From positions 4,954-68,953 of the IMG/VR virus record IMGVR_UViG_3300009130_000022: DNA of 64,000 nucleotides; one strand, given 5' to 3'. Positions 25,109-34,862 of this stretch are shown piece by piece; the stretch's first letter is position 1, and each line of letters opens with the position of its first letter. The translations under genes and the position numbers were made by a program. Source of the stretch: a virus. Its lineage: Duplodnaviria; Caudoviricetes. Below the pieces are notes generated by a model, which did no database searches, had not been told where the DNA came from, and saw nothing but the letters and a program-made list of their open reading frames with translations.

Positions 25109-25813
25109 TCATGCGCTGGTAAATTCCATCATGACACAATTATAAAATTGTATAAAATGTTCATTGGGTAAGTCCCATCCTATGTCCACCCCATTAAGCG
25201 CTATAGTCCTGTGTTTTTTCATGGGCAACATTTGGGGCAGTATATTATCTCTAAAATTTTTGAACTTTTGCTTGTCGGGATAGGTTCCGAGGTGGAACTC
25301 ACAAACTATTGTTTTTGTTCTATTATTTAGAAATTCTATATTCTCTTTTATGAATATGTAATATTCGTCGCTTTCTATGTCTATTTTTAGGAAATCTATT
25401 TTTTCTATGTCATAATCTTCTATGAAAGACCAAAATGTCATCGAAGGTAGAGTGGGGTACTCGCCGTCCCAGCTTATTTGGTGTGTTCCGTCTCGATTTG
25501 AGATGGCTTTTTCTATGAGGGTATAGTTATTTATATTTTTGAAATTTTCTTTTAATATTTTGATATGGGGCGGGTATGGTTCAATCATGTAAATATGTTC
25601 GGGCTTTATTCCTTGGGTGAGAATTAGCTTGGAAATCATTCCTACGCTAGCCCCGATATCAACGACTATGTCGCCATCTTTTATTTCTTTGATTAAATCA
25701 TAAGTGCCGTCCTCTATTTCCTTGGACAGAGTCGACCCGTTGAAATCGCCAAAGTTAAAGTTTTTTAAATCAGATAATAGCACTAAGCAATTTAGACGTC
25801 TTTTTGCGGGCAA
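25109..25813 (-). CDS. FkbM-family methyltransferase
   Basis: VVDIGASVG, IEP, IDFLKIDIE motifs. Confidence 0.9.
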   Translation of the reverse strand: MPAKRRLNCLVLLSDLKNFNFGDFNGSTLSKEIEDGTYDLIKEIKDGDIVVDIGASVGMISKLILTQGIKPEHIYMIEPYPPHIKILKENFKNINNYTLIEKAISNRDGTHQISWDGEYPTLPSMTFWSFIEDYDIEKIDFLKIDIESDEYYIFIKENIEFLNNRTKTIVCEFHLGTYPDKQKFKNFRDNILPQMLPMKKHRTIALNGVDIGWDLPNEHFIQFYNCVMMEFTSA

Positions 25814-25986
25814 TCTTCAGACATTTGGTCTTTAAAAACGTAGTCTCTCAGTTCTGACATAATCATTGATTTAGCTTCGTTTTTATTTATCCCTGCTTTT
25901 ATTAATTGTTTATATAAAGAAATGCTTTTAGCTGAGTGGCCTCTAATTTCAGCTAATAAAAAGTTATCTTTTAAAGCATTGGTCAT
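25792..25986 (-). CDS. Hypothetical protein
   Basis: 64-aa ORF. Confidence 0.5.
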   Translation of the reverse strand: MTNALKDNFLLAEIRGHSAKSISLYKQLIKAGINKNEAKSMIMSELRDYVFKDQMSEDCPQKDV

Positions 25987-26165
25987 AGATTTATTTTGCT
26001 ATCTGTTGTTTTTAAGAGACTTCATTATTTTTTTTAAGTCTTTAATAAAGATGTCGGACATCTCTACGGCTATAGCCTCTTCATCTGAGTCTATAATTGT
26101 CTCAACGATAATTTTATGATATTTGTTTATGGTTTCGGTTATTAATTTATGTGTTTTTTCAAGCT

Positions 26166-26519
26166 TCATTCTTCGAATATATAATGGCCGTCACACAAAG
26201 TTTTAACCCATCTGCGATTTGTTCTTAGCTCCCCTCTCTCTCCACATGTTTCGCACGTAAGCTCGCTTAAATACTCTGCCATTTCCGCTACGCCAAAGGT
26301 ATAATCATCATTACGGCTTGAATATATTCTTAATCTCCCAAACTTCTCTTTTATTTGTTTAATTTTTATTCCTTTTTTTGTTAAGGACGAATGTCTGTCT
26401 ACCAGCCTTATACATCCTTCTATAATAGAGGCCCAGCCATCATCGCACTCGATATCGGAAACTTCTTCGAGAATAATGGGGTATTTTTTCTTAAGGGCGT
26501 CTATTTTATTTCCTGTCAT
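26166..26519 (-). CDS. Conserved phage hypothetical protein (QIKEKFGRLRIY)
   Basis: GW..I, QIKEKFG.LR.Y, S..TCE.CG motifs. Confidence 0.8.
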   Translation of the reverse strand: MTGNKIDALKKKYPIILEEVSDIECDDGWASIIEGCIRLVDRHSSLTKKGIKIKQIKEKFGRLRIYSSRNDDYTFGVAEMAEYLSELTCETCGERGELRTNRRWVKTLCDGHYIFEE

Positions 26520-27186
26520 CCTTTTTTCTTCCGGCTTGGTAAGACTCTATTCTTTTAAGGAGATACTCCCTTTTCTCGCTATCGTCCATTTTGCTAATGT
26601 ACTCCAAGCCCCTCTCTATGATACGAGGATCTACAGACCTAGACTCAGACCTACTCCTTCGAGAAGGGACTACTACTGGGCCGGAGGGCTTTTTGGATAT
26701 TTGCTCTTTCTTTTCTTTGTCGCTTTTGCTGTCCCTGCCTCCCTTGCTGTCTCTGGAGTATCTGCTTCTCTCCATGAGTTTAGGCGCTGGCTTCTTTGTT
26801 ATTACTGTGGGTAGCCCGTGCTTCTCGAAAGATAAAAGTATTGGAACTCCGCTGTTTGTTATAGAAACAGAATTATTAAATATCTTATTTAATTCTATAT
26901 TGTCTTGTTCCTCGTCTGTGGATAAAGACACGAATTTGTCTGGGCCGCTGGTTTTTCTTAATACGAAATGAGCTTTTCTAACGTTATTTATTTTTGTAAT
27001 TCCCGTTAGAAAAACGCTAGGAGCAAGTATGTTTGTGGCAGGGGGTAGGGTAGAAACCGGCAAAGGCTCAGTTAGGTTGAAAGCGTTTCTTTCGTTTATC
27101 CTTAGATAAGGATTCTCTACTTTATTAGTATCCGCATCAGCACATACGACAAACGCTAGGGAAAGCGACGCAATTATCTTTTTCAT
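26506..27186 (-). CDS. Secreted protein resembling Verrucomicrobia GspC/PilP-like proteins
   Basis: Signal peptide; NPY..I.ERNAFNL, LTGIT pattern. Confidence 0.55.
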   Translation of the reverse strand: MKKIIASLSLAFVVCADADTNKVENPYLRINERNAFNLTEPLPVSTLPPATNILAPSVFLTGITKINNVRKAHFVLRKTSGPDKFVSLSTDEEQDNIELNKIFNNSVSITNSGVPILLSFEKHGLPTVITKKPAPKLMERSRYSRDSKGGRDSKSDKEKKEQISKKPSGPVVVPSRRSRSESRSVDPRIIERGLEYISKMDDSEKREYLLKRIESYQAGRKKDDRK

Positions 27187-27204
27187 GGCTTAATAAATTA
27201 CACA

Positions 27205-27777
27205 TTATATGTCCATGTAAACATCTAAAGCTTTCGGGTCTTTTTTTAGTCTGCCGGATTTTTCGTAAGCTTCTTTACGAAGTGAAAGGGGTAATTGGTG
27301 TTTTTTTCTTGCCCAATTTGTAGCTTTATTGAAGATTTTCTCTAAATAGGCAAATATTTTGTATTTAATAGAATTATTTCTATAAAAATCAAAAATCTGC
27401 TGCTCTGTGTCCCACATTTTGTCTATGAGGTCTCTTTCTTTTTTTGTGGTTAGTAAATCAAAAGATATAAGGCTCTTCTTGTCTACTCTCCCATGCTTAA
27501 AAACAAACTCGAACTCAATAGAATAAACGTCATCGTTTTTGTCTTTAACATTGTCGTAGAAGTTTATATCCACGTTATCGTTAACGGCAATCCACTTGTC
27601 GGTTTTCGGGCGGTCAAGTCTATAAAGCTTCTGTCTGTAAACCTTATACAAATCCATCACATTATCCAAATCCTTCGTTTGGAAAATATGATCTTTTTCT
27701 AGGAGTTTCTCGTCTTTTTTATCTAAAAGACCTTTTAGATAAGACTTTGGAACTTTTATTTCGTCGAACATTCCCAT
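27205..27777 (-). CDS. Conserved phage hypothetical protein (MGMFD..FQTKDL)
   Basis: Motif recognition. Confidence 0.75.
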   Translation of the reverse strand: MGMFDEIKVPKSYLKGLLDKKDEKLLEKDHIFQTKDLDNVMDLYKVYRQKLYRLDRPKTDKWIAVNDNVDINFYDNVKDKNDDVYSIEFEFVFKHGRVDKKSLISFDLLTTKKERDLIDKMWDTEQQIFDFYRNNSIKYKIFAYLEKIFNKATNWARKKHQLPLSLRKEAYEKSGRLKKDPKALDVYMDI

Positions 27778-27937
27778 GATTGAGACGCAGGCTATTCAGA
27801 TTTTTTATGAAGATCTTTCTTTTTTTGAACTGTTCGCTTCTCCTCTTCACCAGAGCAACACCTTATATAATGAGGAGCAGGAAAAAGCTCTTCTTTTAAT
27901 TGGTCTTCGACCACCTCTCTCAAGCCAAAAGCCTTAA

Positions 27938-28447
27938 TTAAAAACTTACGAAACATATCGAATCTTCTTCCTCTTTTGTTAGTTTTATAGCAACACCGTG
28001 TTCCGGTTCAATATATACCCTTTTAAACGTATGCACATTGCCGCTTCTCCCGAATTCAAAACCTGATCCACAAATAGCTAGGTTGATAGCATGGTAAGAT
28101 GCGCTACTATTTTTATAGTATATAACGCCAACGGCAATAGAATCTACGTTTGTATCATTTTCTACCTTTTTATTATGTCTTTCTGTAAAAGCATAGGGAT
28201 TGTGTTTGGCGTGAAGCATTTGCAAAAAAAGCCTATAAGAAGCCGCTAGATTATCGCAATCCCAGTTTGTTCTCCAGTTTCGCAAATCAGCGAGAGCTAA
28301 CCATTTTTTATATGCCTTGTAGCCCTCTTCTACGAGCCAGCGTTCGTCTAATATAGCATAAGCCTTATCTGAGATAAAGCACTGCTCAATGTCAGGCAAG
28401 AAGCTTCCTAGTTTTTCTCTGTCAATTTCTAGTATGCTATTACTCAT
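27938..28447 (-). CDS. Papain/transglutaminase-like Cys protease (Agglutinin_C-like)
   Basis: DCDNLA, HAIN, IEP triad-like motifs. Confidence 0.6.
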   Translation of the reverse strand: MSNSILEIDREKLGSFLPDIEQCFISDKAYAILDERWLVEEGYKAYKKWLALADLRNWRTNWDCDNLAASYRLFLQMLHAKHNPYAFTERHNKKVENDTNVDSIAVGVIYYKNSSASYHAINLAICGSGFEFGRSGNVHTFKRVYIEPEHGVAIKLTKEEEDSICFVSF

Positions 28448-28679
28448 CTTGATCTGGAGGAGTCTCTTGATTTTTTTTGGCCTCAGCCGCCTTAGCTTCC
28501 GCTTCCTCAATTTTCTCCTTTATTTCCGTAAGCTGTTCTTCTGTAGCTTCAGAAATTAATTTCTTAGCCCTAGCTTGAGCCTCTGCCGACATCGCTTGAA
28601 CCACCGTAGATAATGGAAGGTTATTCAAGATATCGTTTGCTATTTTGGTCTCTAGTTCTTTTGCTTCTTCTAGTGTCAT
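28440..28679 (-). CDS. Hypothetical protein
   Basis: Helical 79-aa ORF. Confidence 0.65.
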   Translation of the reverse strand: MTLEEAKELETKIANDILNNLPLSTVVQAMSAEAQARAKKLISEATEEQLTEIKEKIEEAEAKAAEAKKNQETPPDQDE

Positions 28680-28903
28680 AAATCTGCTTCTCCTATATCA
28701 ATAAAATATAGTAATCTATAAATTCTTTCGCAATTCCCGTCTTCTTTAAAAACGTTCATCGGGCTTGCCATGTTCAAATCTGTGTTAGGTTTTGATAACC
28801 ATTTAGCAACATAATCATGATCCATAACGGCACAGCACTCGTTTACTAGATTGACAAACTCTATCAATCTTTCGTCTGGAATGACATATCCGTATTCCTT
28901 CAT
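28676..28903 (-). CDS. Stand-alone MbcA/ParS/Xre antitoxin C-terminal domain (DUF2384)
   Basis: AKWLSKPNTDLNMASPM...G.ERIYRLL pattern. Confidence 0.7.
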   Translation of the reverse strand: MKEYGYVIPDERLIEFVNLVNECCAVMDHDYVAKWLSKPNTDLNMASPMNVFKEDGNCERIYRLLYFIDIGEADL

Positions 28904-29133
28904 GTAATAAGTCTTATAGGTTCTTCGTAAACGCCTAGGGCCTCTTTTATTTGCCTTATTTTCTCTCGATAGTGCATTTGAGTCCAGCCGTCGTTATATG
29001 GGCTGGTTGCCTCAATTTGCCACTTATGTATTTGGAGCATCATATCCGCAACATCAGAGTCTAAAGTGCCTTTTTTAGTATCTGTAGTCTTTGTATTTGT
29101 ACTTTTCTTTGTCTTTGCTCCACTTTTTTTCAT
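28900..29133 (-). CDS. Conserved phage hypothetical protein (SPYNDGWT)
   Basis: Motif recognition. Confidence 0.7.
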   Translation of the reverse strand: MKKSGAKTKKSTNTKTTDTKKGTLDSDVADMMLQIHKWQIEATSPYNDGWTQMHYREKIRQIKEALGVYEEPIRLIT

Positions 29134-29211
29134 ATTCTGCTTTCCTTTTCGCTCTCTGGTACAAGCATACCAATGATAAGACGATTAAAGCGGGGATTAT
29201 GATCAATGTAT

Positions 29212-29844
29212 TCACGGTGGTGCTTCTAATTCTTCTTCAATATTTTTATGAGGCCCGTTTAAATCCACATAGTGAATAAATAATTGATGGTGCCAATATT
29301 CTTTTGGTTGGTTAAAAATAGGTCTCCAATGTTCAATTTCACATCCTTTGTAAATAACACCATCTCCTGACTCAATTACAATGGGAGTATTTCCCATGAA
29401 CAAAGGCCATTTATAATTTTTATCTTCATAAAAATATTTTAAAGTTATTGATGCACTAATTTCACAGGAAGGCCTATCTACGTGTTTTTTTAATTCAGCA
29501 CCACCTAAATAAATTCTAGTATAAGAATATATAGGTTTTAATTTTAAATTAGTTTCCTTTTCCATAATGGGCAAAAGAAAATAAGTAATATGTTGATATA
29601 TGTCAGAGTGACTTGAATGGTTAGCAGAAGAGAGAGGAACTTGACCATCGCCTATTATCCCTAAATCAAGATCTGGGGGGGTAAAGTTTTTAAAACTCCA
29701 TGAAGTTAAAAATTCTACCATGTCTGGCGACAGCATATTTTTTACATATTTGTATTTTTGTTTATCGTCTGCCCGCCCACCAGAAATAAACGCCTTTCCT
29801 TTCTTTCGCGTATCCATGTTATTATTGCGCGTCTGTCTTACCAT
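29212..29844 (-). CDS. 2OG-Fe(II) oxygenase
   Basis: YSYTRIY, KHVDRPSCEIS, GDGVIY.G, HWR. Confidence 0.85.
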   Translation of the reverse strand: MVRQTRNNNMDTRKKGKAFISGGRADDKQKYKYVKNMLSPDMVEFLTSWSFKNFTPPDLDLGIIGDGQVPLSSANHSSHSDIYQHITYFLLPIMEKETNLKLKPIYSYTRIYLGGAELKKHVDRPSCEISASITLKYFYEDKNYKWPLFMGNTPIVIESGDGVIYKGCEIEHWRPIFNQPKEYWHHQLFIHYVDLNGPHKNIEEELEAPP

Positions 29845-30152
29845 TTTTGAACAATTCTAAAAAAACATTTTTTAGGAGGCAGTTCGTGCCAATGAAACAA
29901 GGGGGAGGTTGAATTATTTCCAAAACTTCCAAAATTATATAAGTCTTTCCAGATTATAAAATCATGAGAATACTGAACCCAATAAGGAAGAACAGGTTCT
30001 ATGTCCTTGATTTCAAAATAGATGCCTCCCGGCGATCCGTAAGGATGTCCAGTAGCTTCGACCACCTTTTGATGCACTAGTTTTATTTTAAGGCTGGCAG
30101 CGTTCAAGATTATAGAAAAACCAAAAAAAGCTAATAAAACTAATTTTTTCAT
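29838..30152 (-). CDS. Secreted protein, Verrucomicrobia-type beta domain
   Basis: Signal peptide; YWVQYSHDF..W..L motif. Confidence 0.55.
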   Translation of the reverse strand: MKKLVLLAFFGFSIILNAASLKIKLVHQKVVEATGHPYGSPGGIYFEIKDIEPVLPYWVQYSHDFIIWKDLYNFGSFGNNSTSPLFHWHELPPKKCFFRIVQKW

Positions 30153-30664
30153 GATAAATTCTTTAGCTCTTGGCGTTGTTTTAGCTCTTGAAGTAATATT
30201 CCTTCGGGTCTTCCAGCCGAAAGATCGACAGGGCTTGCTGTATATTTCTTAATTAGAGAACTGCTGCTTTGCGTCTTTTCTCCTAGCCCGTAGATGGGGT
30301 CTATTCCTAAATCTAAGCACATTTTGTGTTCGGGTTTTTCCCCATCGAAAACTCTATCGCCGCCATTGCAAAACATTATTTTATTATATTTGTCTTTGTA
30401 GTCTTCGTGAATCTGCCACAGGGTTCTACAGACCGTATCGTCTAGATCGACACATTTAATTGTCTGCGTAACAGGTTTAAGGGCTTCGATAACCGTACGC
30501 CTTTCGTCTTCCGGCATAAACGCCTTTCCTTTCTTTCGTATAAGAAAACCATCACTATTAACTATAACAAATAAATCATCAGCCATAGCTCTTGCTTTCT
30601 CAAAGCAATCTATATGCCCAACATGTACGGGATCAAACCCGCCGCTAACTATCGACAGTTTCAT
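30149..30664 (-). CDS. Cytidylyltransferase-like nucleotidyltransferase (HldE C-domain/TagD-like)
   Basis: SGGFDPVHVGH, VNSD, NGGDR, SSS. Confidence 0.85.
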   Translation of the reverse strand: MKLSIVSGGFDPVHVGHIDCFEKARAMADDLFVIVNSDGFLIRKKGKAFMPEDERRTVIEALKPVTQTIKCVDLDDTVCRTLWQIHEDYKDKYNKIMFCNGGDRVFDGEKPEHKMCLDLGIDPIYGLGEKTQSSSSLIKKYTASPVDLSAGRPEGILLQELKQRQELKNLS

Positions 30665-31398
30665 TTTTTAGAAAGTTTAATGCTTTTGACCTTCTTTACT
30701 TTAACATACTCGTCAGGGTAACGTGTCCTATTAAACCATTCTTCGTACTCTTCGTATTTGTCAAAAGAAACCATCAAGCGTTCCATGTCGGGAAAATCCA
30801 CCACCACTTCCCAGTCGAAATTTTTATCAGATTCCTGAGCTCTTTTTGTTGCGTTGCGTATTTCCAAAGCCCCAAAAGTTTTTACTGCGTGTTCCATAGA
30901 GACGCCATCACGCCCAAGCTGACCGTACGAACCGGATTCGTAATGGTCTTGGAAGATCCTACCTTCGGGGCCTACATAAAAAACCGTATGCTGCCCATTA
31001 GGGTATTCATCAACCTTGTAGACGTTATTACGGCCTTTGAAAGCGTGTTGGGGGATATCGCTTCCGCCTACGATATTTACATAAAAACGTTTGTTCTCTT
31101 TCTTGGCTTTAATAAGAGCCTCCTTAGTTGTCCGTGCTAAATTGCGGTTATAGTAATCCAGCGATTTAACAAAAAGTTCCATAGCTTTATCCATTGTGAT
31201 GAAAACCGTCTGTCGGGTTATTATGTCATTAACTACATAATGCTCCTGTTCGGTTTTCACCAAGGCTATCTCCTCTCTGGTCAACCCAGCGTGTTTAATA
31301 ACTTTCTGGACTTCGACTTTTTCTTCAACTTCGACGCCGACTTCCTGTGCCACGGCAAATGGAATTGCCACCAATAATGATAGTATTATTTGTTTCAT
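30661..31398 (-). CDS. Secreted hypothetical protein
   Basis: Signal peptide MKQIILSLLVAIPFAVA. Confidence 0.7.
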   Translation of the reverse strand: MKQIILSLLVAIPFAVAQEVGVEVEEKVEVQKVIKHAGLTREEIALVKTEQEHYVVNDIITRQTVFITMDKAMELFVKSLDYYNRNLARTTKEALIKAKKENKRFYVNIVGGSDIPQHAFKGRNNVYKVDEYPNGQHTVFYVGPEGRIFQDHYESGSYGQLGRDGVSMEHAVKTFGALEIRNATKRAQESDKNFDWEVVVDFPDMERLMVSFDKYEEYEEWFNRTRYPDEYVKVKKVKSIKLSKK

Positions 31399-31400
31399 TT

Positions 31401-31832
31401 TTATTCTCCTGTGCTTCCGAAACCACCTTCTCCTCTCTCTGAGGAGACCAAATCTTCCTCTGACTCAACCTCTTCCCACTCGACATCGTGGCACTTCTCA
31501 ATAATTAACTGAGCTATTCGATCTCCTTCCCTATATTCAAAATCCATCAATCCAAGATTCTGTAAAACAACCCCAACTTCGCCACGATAGCCAGAATCTA
31601 CAACACCAGCTAAAACATCTATGCCATGTTTAACGGCGAGACCTGAGCGGGGAGCTATTCTTCCGTAATGCCCTTCTGGTATGGCTATTTGTATGCCCGT
31701 ATTCACTACTTCCCTTTGTTTCCCTGCGATCCTGCCATCAACGGACGCATATAAGTCGTATCCTGCGTCTGTGTTATTTGCTCTGGTAGGCTTAGTTGCC
31801 TGTTGCGTTATTTTATTTATTTTTATTTTCAT
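31401..31832 (-). CDS. dut: Trimeric dUTPase
   Basis: AGYDL, GRIAPRSG, GVVDSGYRGE, GDRIAQ, RGEGGFGSTG. Confidence 0.97.
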   Translation of the reverse strand: MKIKINKITQQATKPTRANNTDAGYDLYASVDGRIAGKQREVVNTGIQIAIPEGHYGRIAPRSGLAVKHGIDVLAGVVDSGYRGEVGVVLQNLGLMDFEYREGDRIAQLIIEKCHDVEWEEVESEEDLVSSERGEGGFGSTGE

Positions 31833-32605
31833 TTGAATAAAAAATTACTTTTTAAGTACTCAATGGTCCCGAACGTTTGATTAAACCTCTTTCCTTTTCC
31901 CATCGTGTCGGTAAGTCTACCCCAGTCCTTGCTAGTCTCCTGCTCTTTGTATACGGGAGAAGACGATTTAATCAAATCGTTCTCTATAGATGAAACTTTG
32001 TAGCCTTTGTATCTCAAATAATACGAAAAAGTCAAATCATCATTCATAAAAGAATCCTTATGCTCTTTATGGCATTTCGTTACAAAGTTAACATATCCAT
32101 CAATATTGTCAACATTAGTTAGTACCATGTCTACTCCTTGCATGTACAAACAACTGTCATCTACGTCTGATGGGTCAAAATCATCCGGAAAACCGTTCCA
32201 CCAATAATAGGCCCAGTTAGAGGCTGCGTCTAGATGGTTATCTTCTCTGAATTTCCATATCTTCTCAAATATATCATTGTTGTATATAACATCGTCGTCA
32301 GCAGTGCAAACACTGGTTAGATTCTCTTCTTTTTTAACGTTGTTTACGTATATGTATCTTGATGCTGGGCCGTAATCTTCGCCGCGCAAAATTTTTACTT
32401 TATTACGAGATATCAAATCCTTGAGCCACTTCGGATTGTCTACCGTGTCAAAGTTTCGAAACCTTTTGTATTTGTATGGAATACATAAATAAACTTTGTC
32501 AGGAACAAAAGACTGCGCTAGTAAACTATGTATACTTCTCTTTAAGCATTCGCTCTCTTTGAAGCGAATTGGGGTTGTATTAAGAGTAAAGCTATAACCG
32601 TTCAT
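31829..32605 (-). CDS. GT-A fold glycosyltransferase
   Basis: LNTTPIR, DYGPA, TADDDVIY, DDL motifs. Confidence 0.8.
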   Translation of the reverse strand: MNGYSFTLNTTPIRFKESECLKRSIHSLLAQSFVPDKVYLCIPYKYKRFRNFDTVDNPKWLKDLISRNKVKILRGEDYGPASRYIYVNNVKKEENLTSVCTADDDVIYNNDIFEKIWKFREDNHLDAASNWAYYWWNGFPDDFDPSDVDDSCLYMQGVDMVLTNVDNIDGYVNFVTKCHKEHKDSFMNDDLTFSYYLRYKGYKVSSIENDLIKSSSPVYKEQETSKDWGRLTDTMGKGKRFNQTFGTIEYLKSNFLFK

Positions 32606-33399
32606 ACTTTGGCTTCGATATGGTTCTCTGGAGTCGTGACCCCTCTGAGCTGCACTATTTTAGAAGCGCATTCGTTCGCATATCTTATGGATTCTTCTAT
32701 GTTCTTGGTTTCCAGATACTTAACAACTAGACCGGCTTGAAATGTGTCACCCGCTCCTGACACATCGAAAACATCGACAACCTCAACCTCAAACCTCTTG
32801 AAATCTCCTTCTGTATAAAACTCGCAACCATCGTCGCCCAAAGTAACTATCAGTTTACCGTCCCACTGTTCTAAATCTATATCGTCTTTTATTAGTTCGT
32901 ATTCGGGCTTGTTTATTTTTATGAACTTCACCTCTTTACAAAAATCACCCGGCTTCTTTTTTGTATCAAGAAAAACGGTATCATGATTGTTGCAAAAGTA
33001 TTCTATGTCTTCTTTTTCTAGAAAGCCTTTGTTGTAGTCAGCAATAACTACAGCCTTATATAATGATAAGTCATATCCATCCCTCCAATCTTGCGGGACT
33101 CTAGGTACTTTGTCCTGTTCGTCTATCCTTAAAAAAGTATGGTTTGTCTTGGCGTCGACATACCTATGTTTTGTGGTTTTGGTTATGTTTGTTAGCAAGT
33201 CGCAACCGACTTTAAAACTTTCAATATTTGTAAACACATTGCCAGCCATGCCTGAATTATGTGTTGTTCTCACCGGATTGAAAACTGGAGCTGGCGTATC
33301 GGGACAAAGCCTGCTAGCGGTTCCGTATGTAAACTTATCCATGCAGCTATCGCCTACTACTAAAACATCTGCTTCTCCTGAATTATGTATTTTGCTCAT
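32602..33399 (-). CDS. PfkB-family sugar kinase, HldE/RfaE kinase-domain-like
   Basis: VVGDSCMD..YG...RLCPDTPAPV, GMAGNV, IADYNKG, DVSGAGDTF. Confidence 0.85.
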   Translation of the reverse strand: MSKIHNSGEADVLVVGDSCMDKFTYGTASRLCPDTPAPVFNPVRTTHNSGMAGNVFTNIESFKVGCDLLTNITKTTKHRYVDAKTNHTFLRIDEQDKVPRVPQDWRDGYDLSLYKAVVIADYNKGFLEKEDIEYFCNNHDTVFLDTKKKPGDFCKEVKFIKINKPEYELIKDDIDLEQWDGKLIVTLGDDGCEFYTEGDFKRFEVEVVDVFDVSGAGDTFQAGLVVKYLETKNIEESIRYANECASKIVQLRGVTTPENHIEAKV

Positions 33400-34003
33400 A
33401 TTTAAATTTCTGATTCTCTGAATTTGTGCACCAACGCAAATTTTCGATCCTAAAGTCTACCATGTGCGTCAAGGCACGTTTTCCAGTCTTTCCGTCAGCG
33501 TCAAATATACCGGTATCTACGAGATATTTACAAAAGTCAAAGTTATCTTTGTTAATATGATCTATTTGCAGTTTACGCGATGAGTCGGGGTTTGGGATAA
33601 AAGCAAGACCCACTAGTTTATGCATGTCCCACCAAACTTCCTTCTCTCCATTTTTTCCTTTTTGCTTTAAGTTTACAGTAGGGTAGCCGTGTTTTGAGGC
33701 GAGCATTTTGTATACAATTCCTGTTTTTTCGTTTTTGACGAAAGGAAGCTTCGGACATCTCAAGTACCCCTCTTTGTATATAAAATAAGTATCTGAAGGC
33801 AAAGTATTTCTTGTGTTGGCTATTTTAGAGTACCATTTACCCAAAGAGATATCGTCTCCCCAGTCCTCGTGCCCGCAAGTTAGGCATTTTTTGCTAGAGT
33901 TTTCTGGCAAAGGGATTTTGGATACATCAAATCTATCTACTACTTCCCCAGAAACCGTACGCGGCTCGAACAAGCCCCTAAACATTTCAAGCTGCTCGCT
34001 CAT
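33383..34003 (-). CDS. HNH homing-type endonuclease
   Basis: HKLVGLAFIPNP, IDHIN, NLRWCTNSEN. Confidence 0.85.
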   Translation of the reverse strand: MSEQLEMFRGLFEPRTVSGEVVDRFDVSKIPLPENSSKKCLTCGHEDWGDDISLGKWYSKIANTRNTLPSDTYFIYKEGYLRCPKLPFVKNEKTGIVYKMLASKHGYPTVNLKQKGKNGEKEVWWDMHKLVGLAFIPNPDSSRKLQIDHINKDNFDFCKYLVDTGIFDADGKTGKRALTHMVDFRIENLRWCTNSENQKFKYEQNT

Positions 34004-34368
34004 CTACTAACTCTATAGCTGTCACAGTCTTCGTGAAAAGTGCTTACCTCAAGAAACTTTGCTGCTACCCCCGTGGCTGACAGCTTATGGGGAACCAGCC
34101 TATCAACTTCGAAAGTGTCGCCTTCCTTTAAGAAATGGTTCGTTTTGACCGTTGTTGCAGTACAAACGACTTCTACATCGAGCTCCCCTTCTAGTATATA
34201 AAACGTCTCATGTTTGTTTTTATGAAAATGCAAAGAGGTCGACATCCCCGGTTTTATGTGGAGAATTTTACCGCAGTAGTTCTCTTTCTCGTTATTCGCG
34301 AGCCATAGCTCGTAACCCCAGTCTTTAGTTATCTTTCTTGGATTTTTTACAGCACTCATTACAAACAA
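34000..34368 (-). CDS. Cupin (sugar isomerase-like)
   Basis: KDWGYELW, SLHFHKNKHETFYILEG, PH, EVST. Confidence 0.85.
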   Translation of the reverse strand: MFVMSAVKNPRKITKDWGYELWLANNEKENYCGKILHIKPGMSTSLHFHKNKHETFYILEGELDVEVVCTATTVKTNHFLKEGDTFEVDRLVPHKLSATGVAAKFLEVSTFHEDCDSYRVSR

Positions 34369-34504
34369 GCTCCATTTTCTTTTTTTTGGACGGATCCCGG
34401 CCTCTGCCAGTCCAAATTATTCGTATATCATGTTCGCTAGGTAGTTCTACCCACATTAGGTCTACTTCTTCGACAAGTTTCTTACATATAAAACATTCGC
34501 ACAC
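34325..34504 (-). CDS. Small Cys-rich hypothetical protein
   Basis: CFIC...CNECC; start uncertain, abuts tRNA. Confidence 0.4.
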   Translation of the reverse strand: MCECFICKKLVEEVDLMWVELPSEHDIRIIWTGRGRDPSKKKKMELVCNECCKKSKKDN

Positions 34505-34508
34505 TTTA

Positions 34509-34585
34509 TGGTACCCCAAGCCGGACTCGAACCGGCAACCCTCTGCTTAGAAGGCAGATGCTCTGTCCATTTGAGCTATCGGGGC
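34509..34585 (-). tRNA. tRNA-Arg (UCU), CCA encoded
   Basis: GCCCCGA acceptor, TCTGC-CTTCTAA-GCAGA, GCCGG-TTCGAGT-CCGGC. Confidence 0.95.
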
Positions 34586-34594
34586 AGAGCATTG

Positions 34595-34825
34595 TTATTT
34601 ATTGTTTAGTTTTTTGAGTTCGCCGTGGATCTCGAACATGACTAATATCAATTCAGCTTGAATGCGAACTGCTACTGGTCCTAAAATAATAAGTCCGAAA
34701 CCGGTAATTGGTTCCGCAGCCAAGGCGAAAATGCCGAAAATAACAGCACCCACCATTCCGAGATAGCTCAGGATCTTTATAATTCCCGGAGTTATCATCG
34801 TTTTATAACTTAATAGTTCTTTCAT
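34595..34825 (-). CDS. DUF4282-like membrane protein
   Basis: MITPGIIKILSY...RIQAEL..V.F.I...L pattern. Confidence 0.75.
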   Translation of the reverse strand: MKELLSYKTMITPGIIKILSYLGMVGAVIFGIFALAAEPITGFGLIILGPVAVRIQAELILVMFEIHGELKKLNNK

Positions 34826-34862
34826 GATCTTTTATTTATTTGTTTAATTATAGAATGCAATT

